Source: Picochlorum sp. SENEW3 (lineage: Eukaryota). Taken from it: a DNA stretch of 64,000 nucleotides. Position 1 is the first letter of the stretch. Every line of letters starts with the position of its first letter. Shown here piece by piece: positions 23,016 through 34,323 of the stretch. The stretch covers positions 558,001 to 622,000 of the forward strand of contig CP120462.1 in NCBI GenBank assembly GCA_034226945.1, in the 5' to 3' direction. The notes below the pieces were generated by a model that had not been told where the DNA came from, made no database searches, and worked only from the letters and a program-made list of their open reading frames with translations. A program made the translations under genes and the position numbers.

Positions 23016-25379
23016 TCAATCTTCCATGAGTTCCAAATCATCATCCTCTGATGTATCCTGAGATTCCAAACGATCTTCGACATACGATTCTAACAGTTGG
23101 ACCAAGCGCTTTGTCATTCTTTGGATAAGTTTGTTGTACGATCTTCTGTTCTCATATAGTGCAGCGGCATAGCCTTCGAGGCAGAAGACGACACATGCTG
23201 TTGCCAACTCTGGTGCATCATATGCCTCTGCGAGGTCAAATGCTGCCGAGACATTCTCAGATGTGAGTTCCTCTGTGATGGCCACTTGGCATAGGCTCTT
23301 TAGATTTTCAATCATGTACTGATCGGCTGCTTCCAAGAGCTCCTGTGCAATGTCTGGTTTCACTTCTACGGTGCCAGTGTACAGGCAGCGCATCATGGCT
23401 TCAAAAACTGGCCAACGGATATTTGGGATTGGGATGGAATCTGCTTCCTTTTCTTTATAGTTTCCTTCAAACATGGACTTGAATACTTCAGATCCTGCTT
23501 GAAGAGCGATTTTATGGGCATAAAATTCCTTTCCTTCGACAAGGAAGATGACATCAGATAGTGGCTTTTTGTTCAAATATTGCTCGCCCAAAAATACATC
23601 TGGCTCTGGTGGCTGGATGCCATTAATCTGCCTTGGCACAGTAATGCCCGAATAGTGTGCAACATTTGCCAGAGCTCTGGAAGCTACTACATGTTTGTCT
23701 TCAGGGACACTCACCTCACAGACAATATCTGCTAATGCCTTGTGCACACCCTTTTTGACAAGTTTGCTTGTGACTGATATTGGTCCAGGAAGGGGTGGCT
23801 CAATAGCGCATAATAAAAGACCGAGGTTAATTGCTATTGTATCCCGTTCTCTCTGACTGCCTTTGAATACGTACAAAAGTTGCGGCAGGACATCTCCGGT
23901 CAGTTTGTCCTGGAGTCGCCGTGTCATCTTCTGCACGCAATCTCTTGATGCCTGGGGTCCTAAATCACACTCCTGGATAATCTGGATTGCTCCATCTCGA
24001 ATGAAATGAATCAAATTATCCTCATTCTCAGAAAGCCCATATAACGCAAAGGCTGCATTATGCTGCAGATTTGGTTGTTCTGAATCCAGCAATGAAAGCA
24101 GAGGTTTCAACCCACCCATGGCAACAATGCCTGCTTGGTTGTCTTTATTCTGCGCCAGTCTTCCCAACGCAAAAGCTGCCATCTCTTTCAGCTGACAATC
24201 CCGATTCGAAAGCATCGCTATTAACGGTGGGACTGCTCCTCTCTGGGCAATCCTGCACTTGAAATCCGACTCCACAGTAGCAAATTGCCCCAGCAGCAAT
24301 GCCGCTTCTCTCTGAGAATCCGGGCATGGTGAAGATAATAAGTCGATGACTGGCTGAAGGGCGCCTTCATTTAACACCTTGATCTTAATGTGCTGTGATG
24401 AATGGACTAGATTTCCAATCACCCCAACTGCCTCATAATGAATAGAACTGTCATCTGACCGTAACATTTGTACCAATAAAGGCAATGCATTCAAATGCAC
24501 AATCAAATCCTTATTTTCCTCATTCTTAAACGCCAGAGTTCTCAACGTACCAGCAACTGCACGCTGAACTTTTGGATCATTTGATTCAAGCAAATACACC
24601 AAAGGACGAACACCATCCTCTTCACGGACCATGTTCTTGACGCCATTATTCTCGTGCGCTAAATTTGTTATCGCATCTGATGCTCTTCGACACGTCTGAG
24701 CACTCAACCCAATGAGCTCAGATCTGTCAAACTCACTGTACCTCCTCACAATACCAACGAGCGTTGGGAGAGCCCCAGCATCACATATAGCCTGTTGATG
24801 CTCCACTTTGATCGCCATGAGACCAAGAACAAACCCAACATCTCTCTCCAACTCTTCAAATCCCTGTACGGTTTGTCGCTCGACGGGATTCTTATTAATC
24901 ACCCGCATCACCCGAATTACCAGCTCAACTGCACCAGACTCTGCCACTACATCCAAGTGCGTCTCCATCTTACACATATCCAGTACATGCTTCACGTACC
25001 GCCTCACACAAACCATATTCTCCACAATAACATCTTCCATATTCCGTGACACTCCATTATCAAATATCGCGGACAAACCCTCCACCACCTTTTTGGCCCG
25101 CTTGGCAATCCCAGCCTTGCTCTTATCCTTTGATCCCAAGTCATCATTCACCTCGCCCCCATTCCTTGCTACTTCCACATCCATCGTATCATCTACTCGT
25201 ACCATATCGATTCCCCCTTTTTTTCTCTTAACTCCCGCGGCCGTCTCGCGTTGACCATTCAATTGAGTACATTCCCGTGTACCACTCCCCTCACCAGACG
25301 ATGGAGCCTGTTCTTGCCGAGCCACTCGCGTATCTACTTCTCGTTCAGATTCCCCACGTCGACTTTGTCGACGAGACAT
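23016..25379 (-). CDS. ARIA: ARM-repeat/BTB-POZ protein (ARIA/ABAP1-like)
   Basis: RRASDAITNLAHEN, KVQRAVAGTLRTLAFKN, IHYEAVGVIGNLVHSS, SQREAALLLGQFA; BTB SDVIFLVEGKEFYAHKIAL. Confidence 0.92.
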   Translation of the reverse strand: MSRRQSRRGESEREVDTRVARQEQAPSSGEGSGTRECTQLNGQRETAAGVKRKKGGIDMVRVDDTMDVEVARNGGEVNDDLGSKDKSKAGIAKRAKKVVEGLSAIFDNGVSRNMEDVIVENMVCVRRYVKHVLDMCKMETHLDVVAESGAVELVIRVMRVINKNPVERQTVQGFEELERDVGFVLGLMAIKVEHQQAICDAGALPTLVGIVRRYSEFDRSELIGLSAQTCRRASDAITNLAHENNGVKNMVREEDGVRPLVYLLESNDPKVQRAVAGTLRTLAFKNEENKDLIVHLNALPLLVQMLRSDDSSIHYEAVGVIGNLVHSSQHIKIKVLNEGALQPVIDLLSSPCPDSQREAALLLGQFATVESDFKCRIAQRGAVPPLIAMLSNRDCQLKEMAAFALGRLAQNKDNQAGIVAMGGLKPLLSLLDSEQPNLQHNAAFALYGLSENEDNLIHFIRDGAIQIIQECDLGPQASRDCVQKMTRRLQDKLTGDVLPQLLYVFKGSQRERDTIAINLGLLLCAIEPPLPGPISVTSKLVKKGVHKALADIVCEVSVPEDKHVVASRALANVAHYSGITVPRQINGIQPPEPDVFLGEQYLNKKPLSDVIFLVEGKEFYAHKIALQAGSEVFKSMFEGNYKEKEADSIPIPNIRWPVFEAMMRCLYTGTVEVKPDIAQELLEAADQYMIENLKSLCQVAITEELTSENVSAAFDLAEAYDAPELATACVVFCLEGYAAALYENRRSYNKLIQRMTKRLVQLLESYVEDRLESQDTSEDDDLELMED

Positions 25380-26002
25380 GTATTATTCCAAAAGCAAAGG
25401 AACACTCTACCTCGGCTGCACACTGATGAAAATGCCCACTGAGAACCCTCCTAGGACCGTTACGCTCGACGGAGGGTCAATCCCAAATCAACACAATCGA
25501 TCTAGTATCCGGTTTCCCTGTTGAATACTATATTCATACAAATATTTATCACAAGAATATCGCCCTTTGGACAATACCGCGTCAATCAGAAGTCCAACGG
25601 TGGCGCGATTGATTGACTCGACAAAAACTGTCCCAAAACTCCCCGGATCGTTTCGACAGGCTGACCGTGCGAGTCTACCTGTAAATAAAAACAAAAAATA
25701 TGGATCAGACGACGCAGAATGTCCAACAAAACAACAAGAACCAGACATGTCCAGATCTGGCGTCCAAAGTTTCTTGAATAGACTATTTAAAAAACAAGAC
25801 ACCCCATTTTTCCTTTCAAGCAGAGAGACGAGGGCGTGTCGTCGGACAATCGAATTTCGTAATTCAACCGTTCAATCGATTAGGTTGATTCTGTGATTAA
25901 AAATTTACCCTCGTATTTGTAATTCACATGTGAATGGGGAATCAGATCAACTGTGTGTGTTGTGAGAAGAAGACTCCATTCTGATTAATTCCAATCTTCA
26001 AC

Positions 26003-27754
26003 ATGAGAGCAAGTGTCCGTTGTTCTCAATCTCTGACGAAGACAGAGGAAGAACTAAGTAAAATTGAGGCTGTATCTGAACTGAAAATGCCATCCCTTGG
26101 CCCGGTCGACTCTGCTGAGGGTCTTCTTGAACATGTGAGGGAGATTCAGAGGACGCGAGGGAATCAGGACAAGGACATTTCGACATACTTGCACCTGAGG
26201 ATGGAGCAAAAGAACAATCCCACAGTGTTCTATGATGCTTTGATCAAGTACTGTCAGGAACTGTTGCCATACTTGTACACACCTACGGTGGGTGAGGCAT
26301 GTCAAAAGTATCACAGGCTGCCCATACCAACCTATGGTGTGTATGTGCGTGCTGATTGTCACTTGCGTGCTGAGGCACGTGGGATGACGCGGAGGGATGT
26401 TATTTTGGAGAAGCTGAAGCATATACGTCGGGATTTGTATGATGCTGATGAGATTCAAGTGGTGGTCGTGACTGATGGGGAGCGGATTTTGGGGCTTGGG
26501 GATTTGGGAGTGGGTGGTATGGGGATTTCAGAGGGCAAATCGTTGTTGTATTCTGCTGCTGCTGGGGTGTCGCCGCGGCATGTATTGCCAGTGTGTTTGG
26601 ATGTTGGAACGAATAATGAAGATCTTTTGAATGATGAAGAGTATTTTGGGATGAAGCAGCAGAGACTTGTTGGAGATGCGTATCACGCATTTATTGAAGA
26701 TTTTATCCAGGCTTTGAAGGCGTGGAGGACACATGTTGTTCTTCAATTTGAAGATTTTGCAAATCATATGGCCTTTGATCTTTTGCAGGAATACAGGCAC
26801 AACATGTGTTGCTTCAATGACGATATCCAGGGCACTGCATCGATTACGCTGTCTGGTTTGCTTTCAGCCTTGCGTGTGACAGGGAAGAGTTTGATGGACC
26901 AGCGTGTGCTTTTCCTTGGTGCTGGTGAGGCTGGAGCGGGAATCGGAGAGTTGATTGCAAAGGGTTTGCATGTGTGGCATGGGGTTTCAATGGAGGAGGG
27001 ACGGAGACATTGCTTCTTTATTGACAGCAAGGGTTTGATCACCAAGAGCAGATATGATTCGTTGCAGGATCATAAAAAGCCGTTTGCACATGATTTAGCA
27101 CCTTGTTCGTCGTTGATTGAGGCCGTTCAGCTTGTCAGGCCCACGGCAATCATTGGTGTGTCAACACAGCCTGGGTCCTTTACAATGGAGGTGATGGAGA
27201 TGATGGCTCAGATAAATGAGCGGCCAATCATATTCCCTCTGTCGAATCCAACCTCGAAATCTGAATGCACATTCGAAGAGGCGTATGCTGCGACCAAGGG
27301 AAGGGTCTTGTTTGCAAGTGGAAGCCCCTTCCCACCCTTGGTTGGTGCTGATGGCGTCACATATTCACCGGCACAATCAAACAATGCCTATATTTTCCCA
27401 GCGCTTGGGCATGCAGCATCCCTCTGCAAAGCCAAGGAAATTTCTGATGAAGCTTTTCTGATGGCTGCAAAGGCTCTGTCACTCATGGCAACAGCTGATG
27501 AATTGAAGACAGGCATGCTGTTTCCAAGATTCTCCTGCATTCGGACAGTGTCAGCTGATCTCATGGCAATGGTTGCGTCAGACATGTGTGCCACTGGAGT
27601 GGGAAAGAAACCGGAAGATTTTGATGACTTGACGCGTCATGTGAGTGGTGGAGACGATGTTGAAAAGTGGCGAGTGTATGCATCCAAAAGCATGTTTACC
27701 ACATCGTCTTCCTCCAAAGAGTGCGGTGGACTTCATGCAGGTTCAAGGCTTTGA
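26003..27754 (+). CDS. malic enzyme (NAD(P)-dependent malate dehydrogenase, decarboxylating)
   Basis: YTPTVGEAC, VVTDGERILGLGDLG, LDVGTNN, QFEDF, FNDDIQGT, GAGEAG, LSNPTSKSEC, FASGSPF, NNAYIFP. Confidence 0.96.
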   Translation: MRASVRCSQSLTKTEEELSKIEAVSELKMPSLGPVDSAEGLLEHVREIQRTRGNQDKDISTYLHLRMEQKNNPTVFYDALIKYCQELLPYLYTPTVGEACQKYHRLPIPTYGVYVRADCHLRAEARGMTRRDVILEKLKHIRRDLYDADEIQVVVVTDGERILGLGDLGVGGMGISEGKSLLYSAAAGVSPRHVLPVCLDVGTNNEDLLNDEEYFGMKQQRLVGDAYHAFIEDFIQALKAWRTHVVLQFEDFANHMAFDLLQEYRHNMCCFNDDIQGTASITLSGLLSALRVTGKSLMDQRVLFLGAGEAGAGIGELIAKGLHVWHGVSMEEGRRHCFFIDSKGLITKSRYDSLQDHKKPFAHDLAPCSSLIEAVQLVRPTAIIGVSTQPGSFTMEVMEMMAQINERPIIFPLSNPTSKSECTFEEAYAATKGRVLFASGSPFPPLVGADGVTYSPAQSNNAYIFPALGHAASLCKAKEISDEAFLMAAKALSLMATADELKTGMLFPRFSCIRTVSADLMAMVASDMCATGVGKKPEDFDDLTRHVSGGDDVEKWRVYASKSMFTTSSSSKECGGLHAGSRL

Positions 27755-27876
27755 TCGATTTTGCTTTTTTTTTCTTCGTTTTAAGGTTCAAACTACTACT
27801 ACTATCATTTCATTATAGTGTAATATATATATATATATATATGGACGCGTTTGAGGACGTATCATGTCTTGCCTCC

Positions 27877-30800
27877 TCATGCTTGTATTGTGCTTAGCAC
27901 AAGCCACTCGTCGTGTGTTAAACGCCCCTGCGCTTTTTCCTCGTCCAGAGCTTTCCCTATATTCTCAACACCCCCTACTGCGAGAAAGTAGTACTTTTTC
28001 GCAAGATGAAGCGGCTTGATGCCCGTGACTGACTGCATTGGAGTGCTCCTTGACACCTGCTGAGCGTGTAGCCCAAGGGAACCGAGGACTGGCTCCACAC
28101 CTGTGAGAGCTCGACACACCGACGATGCTGTAGATGAGTCCAACTTTTCAATCTCAATTAATTGGAAAACAGCCAACTTCATACAAAATCCAGGGAGTGG
28201 GGCAAAAATATATTCCCTGCGGGTTGGAAGGAGATATCCAGCCAACACTTCATCCATAGAGGCTAGTTTGGGTGCCATCATGGCGATGCGTTCATCGAAT
28301 ACTTTTTGAGAGGGATTGAAAATATCTTGCATCGCATATAGCACGTGGAGCATGGCTTCGATTCGCAATGTTCTCGTGCACATGCCTGAGATGGATCTGA
28401 ATCGATCTGCAATGTGCAGCAGGCCTACGACAAGCTCATGATCAATGGACACGTCACCTTGTCGATTACCTGAGGATACATCAGTATTAGTCTTTGATAT
28501 GTCCCCAGAAATCTTCCCTGGACTTATTGTGTGCACAAATGACCCTACAGTCTCGTAGATCCCATCTGCAATGTAGTCGGCACTGTTCCCAAGAAGAGCG
28601 ATTGACACAATAGTTTTCATGTCAGCAGTCTGCTGAAGGATCAGAGATTCCTTCAATAAAGGCCTTGCGTTCAAAAAGACATCTACCAGAGATTTTGGCA
28701 ATGCGGTCTTTCCTTGTGCAAAGCCAGTTGCAATAGCAGATGTCAGGAATGACTCCATTGCATCACTCTTTGCACTTGCAAACCACTCAGGCCCTCCCAC
28801 AAGGGTTGCAATCGGTTCCTGAGCCATGAGATGCACCACATTGACATCTTGAGACAGCCGGAACGCTAGACTATCTTGGCACACGCCATTTGCATGAGAT
28901 TGTAACGAATCGACTATTTTCCCCAAGCAGTTGCCAAGTACCCCAGTGATATTGGGGGCAACAATAGACGCCAATGAAGACCATTTCAGCATATCACCTA
29001 TCAAATTTACTGTTGTTTCTGCCGCAGGTAGAATCGAAGCAGATTTTGTATCATGAATACGTGCATATGTCAGTATATTGTCCAAACCAGATAAAAGTTC
29101 CTGGGTTCTGTGACCACAGTTTGCATACACGCTGGGCACAAAATCGGACCGCAGAATTTCAACAATGTACGATGATAAGATATGCACACTAGGTGCAGCA
29201 CTCTTCTCATTCTGAGACGTTCTAGGATACAGCGAATGCAGCAGTCCAGGACTAGACTTTCCCTGCTTTGGCTGTTCATCAAACTTTTCCTTTTCCCTCT
29301 TGACCTCGTCCAAAATTTTACCGCACTTTGTCACGAATGCATGTATTGGATTAGTAATACAAGGAGCAGATGATACAACACAATGCTCCTCACCAATCGC
29401 AATCTTCACGAGGTGCTCCAGTTCAAGAAGAGAAAACCCTTCAGTCTTTGCTTTGGATGCCATCTCCTCAGACATCTCCGACAACTGTTCCTCCAGAGAG
29501 TATTTCAGCGTTGTCCTTCTCGTGTCAGTGCTCCTCCTCCTACTTACATATGATGGAGACACAGCATCTACATCCTTGGAATTGTGCCAGTACATGTCAA
29601 TGAACAACCCATCAGAATCCATCTCATTCTGAGGAACACTGAGGCCTAGAACCGCTGCTACAACATGAAGCAATTCATGCTGCATATTGTCCCACAGTAT
29701 ATTAATTTCTCTATCAGCCACAACCTTCCCAGGTTGTCCATCAAAGTACGCTGCATCCGCATCTTCCCCATCAGACAACAATGCTAGACCAGCAGACGGA
29801 GCAGAAACTCTTGCTCGTATCAGGTGCTGAATGTATTTAGTCACGCTACGGAAAATCGATTCACATCTCATCAAAATTTTCTGCAACAACACCTTTGCCT
29901 TATCCGAGCTCACAGCAGATGAACTCACACCACGACTTGACATGTTCTGATTCACAACCTGGACAATGGCATCCCGTATTTTTTGCCTTGAGATTGCCCT
30001 GACAGAGTTCAGCGCCTTTGACACGCCTCCCAACTGGGCTATGCACGATATCGATGATGTACTTGTTCCAAAACCAGAGTCCACCACATGCCCTTCAATC
30101 GGAACACTCGGACTCCGTGCATGCCGGAGCTTGCCATCCAGTGCCTGCAAATCTTCTACAATCGAATGAAACTTGATAAACCTCATGCCAGTGCCACTCC
30201 CAGATCCAAAAAATCCACTTCCTCTAGAAATCCTACTTTTCCTCCTTCTCGACACATGTGCCTGATGCCATGCACTAGAAAACCCTGTCGCACCAACTCC
30301 CCGAAACGCCTGCCCTTCCACATGCCGCAAGATTCGCGTCAGCAGCGCACCAGCTCTCTGCCGCACTTTGGGAACCATACCTTTCACAGCGGGAATCGCG
30401 ATGATCTCCTCTCTCGCCAACACATTACTCGTCTCAAGTAACACCTTCACCGCTGCATTCCAATCCCCATCCCTATCCAACGCATCCACCTGTTCCAGCG
30501 ATTGACACATGGCCTGCACCTGCTGCATCATTTTACCCATCTCTGATGCCACGGCATGCTTGTGATACGCCTCTAACAAATTCCTAGAATCCACATTCAT
30601 ATTATCTTGAGCCAGCGTCAAATTCTTCCGAACTGCATGCATGTAATGCTGCGCCTCTGCCAACAACTGAATAATCTTTGAATAATTCTGTAGAGACGTA
30701 TTAAACCCTTCATGATGCACCTCAACAACCGCATCCACCATTCCATCCACATCCCTCCATTGCTCACGCAACACCTCTAATTCCTGCTCAGCATTAATAG

Positions 30801-31032
30801 ACCCCAATATCTCCAACGCACGTGTCAAAGGCTCGAATCGAGCATCCCCATATGCCTCATCCACCTGAGACACACACTCCACCATCTTCACCTTGAGGGT
30901 ATGACTTCCTCCTCCTCCTCCTCCACCGACCGAACGCCACAGCTGCTGTGACGCAGTATCCGTACCTGTTGATGGGTTCGAATCATCACCACCTGGTCTA
31001 TGAAACGTCAGAGTACGCTTTTCTTCCTCCAT
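27877..31032 (-). CDS. SEC8: exocyst complex subunit Sec8 (EXOC4)-like
   Basis: 1051-aa helical protein; N-terminal VDAVVEVHHEGFNTSLQNYSKII and C-terminal C.RTLRIE...YIF resemble plant Sec8. Confidence 0.8.
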   Translation of the reverse strand: MEEEKRTLTFHRPGGDDSNPSTGTDTASQQLWRSVGGGGGGGSHTLKVKMVECVSQVDEAYGDARFEPLTRALEILGSINAEQELEVLREQWRDVDGMVDAVVEVHHEGFNTSLQNYSKIIQLLAEAQHYMHAVRKNLTLAQDNMNVDSRNLLEAYHKHAVASEMGKMMQQVQAMCQSLEQVDALDRDGDWNAAVKVLLETSNVLAREEIIAIPAVKGMVPKVRQRAGALLTRILRHVEGQAFRGVGATGFSSAWHQAHVSRRRKSRISRGSGFFGSGSGTGMRFIKFHSIVEDLQALDGKLRHARSPSVPIEGHVVDSGFGTSTSSISCIAQLGGVSKALNSVRAISRQKIRDAIVQVVNQNMSSRGVSSSAVSSDKAKVLLQKILMRCESIFRSVTKYIQHLIRARVSAPSAGLALLSDGEDADAAYFDGQPGKVVADREINILWDNMQHELLHVVAAVLGLSVPQNEMDSDGLFIDMYWHNSKDVDAVSPSYVSRRRSTDTRRTTLKYSLEEQLSEMSEEMASKAKTEGFSLLELEHLVKIAIGEEHCVVSSAPCITNPIHAFVTKCGKILDEVKREKEKFDEQPKQGKSSPGLLHSLYPRTSQNEKSAAPSVHILSSYIVEILRSDFVPSVYANCGHRTQELLSGLDNILTYARIHDTKSASILPAAETTVNLIGDMLKWSSLASIVAPNITGVLGNCLGKIVDSLQSHANGVCQDSLAFRLSQDVNVVHLMAQEPIATLVGGPEWFASAKSDAMESFLTSAIATGFAQGKTALPKSLVDVFLNARPLLKESLILQQTADMKTIVSIALLGNSADYIADGIYETVGSFVHTISPGKISGDISKTNTDVSSGNRQGDVSIDHELVVGLLHIADRFRSISGMCTRTLRIEAMLHVLYAMQDIFNPSQKVFDERIAMMAPKLASMDEVLAGYLLPTRREYIFAPLPGFCMKLAVFQLIEIEKLDSSTASSVCRALTGVEPVLGSLGLHAQQVSRSTPMQSVTGIKPLHLAKKYYFLAVGGVENIGKALDEEKAQGRLTHDEWLVLSTIQA

Positions 31033-31339
31033 TGCTGTCGGTAGTGTGTTGTCTCTCCTTTCTGAATCACTCAGGCGACAGCATGGCGCCCACCATATGT
31101 ATTACAATTACATGTGGCTTTATGTATGGACGCGTACGAGTTCCTTGGTTGTTTGTGATTGACCGGTTCCAGGAAGGAAGGAAAACTCTGTAATATAGTA
31201 CATTATGTATCACAGTCCTTAAAATGTACATTATGTACAACGACGCCCCAACTGCCAATAATAATAACAGATTTCTCCCTCCCTTGTCCAAAACTAATAA
31301 TGTACACACACAACCCGTTAAAAATTACTACATTTCAGA

Positions 31340-32359
31340 ATGGGTACAGTACTACGAGAATCAACGGAATCAATTGACACACAGGACGACCTGCTTCCGT
31401 TGCTGGAACGGTTGGGTATTTCGACAAACAGCAGCACAAGTTTCGATACAGAAAAGGAGAAGGCATCATCATCTGATCAACATATAAATACTACAGCAAG
31501 AGAAAAAAATGAGTCTCTGTGGAGCAGCACGAGAGAGAATACTGAAGAAGAAGAAGAAGAAGAAAACTTGGAAGTGATCTACCTGTTGGATAGCGATTCA
31601 GACAATGGTCGTCATGACGATGGAGATCTGCGAACTCGGATAGCAGACGACGCATCATCTCTATCACATACCATGTTTATGAAGAAGAGGGAGTTTGTAG
31701 CGAGGGACATGTTTCAAGAGTACAATGAATTGATTTTTGACTCTCAACTACCATCAGATGTTGACATTTCATGGAATGTTCGTCTGGCCACGACAGCTGG
31801 ATTAACCCATTATTCGAGGCGATATAATGACTCTGGAGTACTGGTATACACCGCACGGATTGAACTCGCGTCGAAAGTAGTAGACACAGTGGATCGATTG
31901 GAGCGAACACTCATCCATGAAATGTGCCACTGTGCATCCTGGTTGATTGACCACGTGGCCAAACCTCCCCACGGACTGGTGTTCAAAAAATGGGCAGATA
32001 GAGCCATGGCTCTTCTGCCTCGGGTGGATGTGTCCACCTGCCATAATTACGACATCTTCTATCCCCATCGATGGCAGTGTACTGCATGCTTTCATGAGTA
32101 CAAGAGGCATTCCAAAAGCATCGACGTCGACAAAAAAGTGTGCGGATCGTGTCGAGGGAGACTCGAGTATCTTGGAAAGTTTACACGACATGGCAATTCG
32201 CCACAGAAGAAGGGCAACATGTACAGTGCCTATGTGGCCAAGAATTTCAGCAAGATTAAGCAAGCATCTGACCCAGGGACGAGTGCTGTGGATGTGATGA
32301 AAAAGATTGCTGCCATGTGGCATATTGAAAAGACAGCCATGCCTGCGTGCCATTCATAA
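31340..32359 (+). CDS. SprT-like metalloprotease (GCNA/ACRC-like) with Zn ribbon and HMG-box-like tail
   Basis: Acidic N-terminus; WNVRLATTAG, IELASKV, TLIHEMCH, PHG..FK.W, CTAC...CGSC. Confidence 0.88.
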   Translation: MGTVLRESTESIDTQDDLLPLLERLGISTNSSTSFDTEKEKASSSDQHINTTAREKNESLWSSTRENTEEEEEEENLEVIYLLDSDSDNGRHDDGDLRTRIADDASSLSHTMFMKKREFVARDMFQEYNELIFDSQLPSDVDISWNVRLATTAGLTHYSRRYNDSGVLVYTARIELASKVVDTVDRLERTLIHEMCHCASWLIDHVAKPPHGLVFKKWADRAMALLPRVDVSTCHNYDIFYPHRWQCTACFHEYKRHSKSIDVDKKVCGSCRGRLEYLGKFTRHGNSPQKKGNMYSAYVAKNFSKIKQASDPGTSAVDVMKKIAAMWHIEKTAMPACHS

Positions 32360-32384
32360 TGTAATCTATGCAATATCCATCATC

Positions 32385-33083
32385 ATGTTTTATGCAGCGT
32401 GTGCTCGAGGCCCAATAATACTCGCAGAATACGACGCTTCTGCGAGTGAAACAACACGCAGTGGGACTACAATCGGTGCCATTGTTATTGAAGTTTTAGA
32501 TAAAGTTGATTTACAGGATGGAGAGCGATGTTCGTATTCGGTTCATGGAATCCACCTGCATGTCATGAAAAAATCTGGAATTCTGTTCCTCGCTGCTGCC
32601 CCTCACCAAGAATCACACAATCATAGTAATACTACTAGCAGAGCGATACCATTTGCGTTTCTGGTGGATGTATCCGAGAGGTTTATGCAAGAGTATGGAC
32701 AAGGGGCACAGAGGGCTCTGGCATATGAGTGTGATGTCTCTTTTAGTCCTGTCATGGAGGAGCGCATGCGATATTACAATAATCCAAAGAATGATACTGT
32801 TCGGAGGGTTCGTGATGAAGTGAGTGAGTTGAGGCAGGTGATGGTGGAGAATATAGACTTGGTGTTGGACAGAGGGGCACAGCTGGAAGTGCTGGTGGAC
32901 AAGACGGATGATTTGGGTACGAGTGCGTTAGTGTTTAAACGAGGAACTGTTCGAATGTCTCGACAGATGTGGTGGAAGGAGAAGAGAGCCATGGTGATGC
33001 TGGTTCTGCTGTTGTGTGTCTTGGTGTATGCTGTGATTGCAAGCTTGTGTGGGGTGACCCTGTCTCAGTGTTTTTCTTCATAA
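32385..33083 (+). CDS. VAMP7: longin R-SNARE, VAMP7/VAMP71-like
   Basis: YAACARGPIILAEY, IPFAFL, VMVENIDLVLDRG.QLEVLVDKT, MWW, C-terminal TM. Confidence 0.92.
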   Translation: MFYAACARGPIILAEYDASASETTRSGTTIGAIVIEVLDKVDLQDGERCSYSVHGIHLHVMKKSGILFLAAAPHQESHNHSNTTSRAIPFAFLVDVSERFMQEYGQGAQRALAYECDVSFSPVMEERMRYYNNPKNDTVRRVRDEVSELRQVMVENIDLVLDRGAQLEVLVDKTDDLGTSALVFKRGTVRMSRQMWWKEKRAMVMLVLLLCVLVYAVIASLCGVTLSQCFSS

Positions 33084-33171
33084 ATTCACATACGTATATG
33101 CTGCTGACAATGATTGATGTATTTATTATAATACAATGGAAAAAAAATCAAGAATAACATAGAGTATAGTA

Positions 33172-34182
33172 TTATACAACATGGACAACTGGAATGTGTG
33201 TGGAAGGGACTGGATCCACGTGCTGTCGAGCCTGCTGCTCTGCATAGGCCCTCATGGCTTCAAAATGCTGCTTGTAGAGCAGGCGTAGCATCAGAATGTA
33301 TGCCGCGCCTGCAACCAGCCCGGTCCAGAGGGCTGCTCCGATACTTGCGTCAAAGAACAGAATTGAAACAATCATGGCAATCCATGTGACTCTGACGCAG
33401 TCAAAAATAATATCTGCTCGCGATGGGGCAAACTGTTGGAACTGGGAGGGGTCATTCAGGTACACCTCTTCTATTGTCACCTCCCCATCATCACCATTCT
33501 CTTGAGCCGCTTGTGGCCTCGCAGGCAGCTCGGGGAGATTTCTCACGGGCATTTTGCACAGCTCGCACGTGGGAAGGCCTCCTCTCCCATCATCCTTGAC
33601 CTGAGACCATTTCACCGCACAGTCCCTGTGTCGAAGAGCCAAGTCGCCTCGACAACCGCAATCCAACGACATTGCTTTCCCAGATGAAAAGTCTTCTGGC
33701 ATTAATGGCTCCAAGCAAATCAAGCAGACTGGCGCTTCTCTGCTCCCAGACGTGGTAGGAGACAACTCCTCCTGTCCACCTTGTTCGATATCCATGGGTC
33801 CAATCCGACCCTGATCCCGAGTGCCACCTTCTTCTGGGTCTGCACTTGTATTGTCATTCGTTCCCGGGTCATTCCGCGACAATGATGAGAACTTTGAGCG
33901 AAACGCGTTCCACATGCCCCCAAAATACGATACCTGCCGAGAATGGTCTTCTTCTTCTTCCTCCTCCGCCACTGACTGAACCAAAGGTTCCTCTTCACCA
34001 TGAATACTTGTTACTTCATCATGTTCGCTTGTTGTTGTCTGTGGTTCTATTTCAGACGACGACGACGGACTGGGGTCGTGTCCACGAGGTTGGTCGTCAT
34101 CATGGTTCTCTAGCGCCCTCGAATCACCCAAGGATACCACTATATGACCATCCATATCTTGAATTTGCTCAGGAGATGTCAT
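33172..34182 (-). CDS. RING-CH (RINGv) E3 ubiquitin ligase with C-terminal TM helices
   Basis: CLIC...CGCRGDLALRH..C..KW...CELC (C4HC3) followed by two hydrophobic segments. Confidence 0.88.
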   Translation of the reverse strand: MTSPEQIQDMDGHIVVSLGDSRALENHDDDQPRGHDPSPSSSSEIEPQTTTSEHDEVTSIHGEEEPLVQSVAEEEEEEDHSRQVSYFGGMWNAFRSKFSSLSRNDPGTNDNTSADPEEGGTRDQGRIGPMDIEQGGQEELSPTTSGSREAPVCLICLEPLMPEDFSSGKAMSLDCGCRGDLALRHRDCAVKWSQVKDDGRGGLPTCELCKMPVRNLPELPARPQAAQENGDDGEVTIEEVYLNDPSQFQQFAPSRADIIFDCVRVTWIAMIVSILFFDASIGAALWTGLVAGAAYILMLRLLYKQHFEAMRAYAEQQARQHVDPVPSTHIPVVHVV

Positions 34183-34323
34183 TTGGATAGATGACCTCGC
34201 CGTTGTATACCCTATTCTCTAGAATCACCCCAATGTCGCTAAAAGATGAAGGAATTACTGGGTAAATGGCACCATATCACAGTACTTCTTTATTGTCTTT
34301 ACACACAGACGTATAATTATTTA

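Noticed and set aside
27823..27842. (TA)n tract; also 7076-7089, (CA)n 47307-47322 and (TCC)n 47723-47750
   Set aside because: Ordinary microsatellites in UTR, intron or poly-Glu coding sequence
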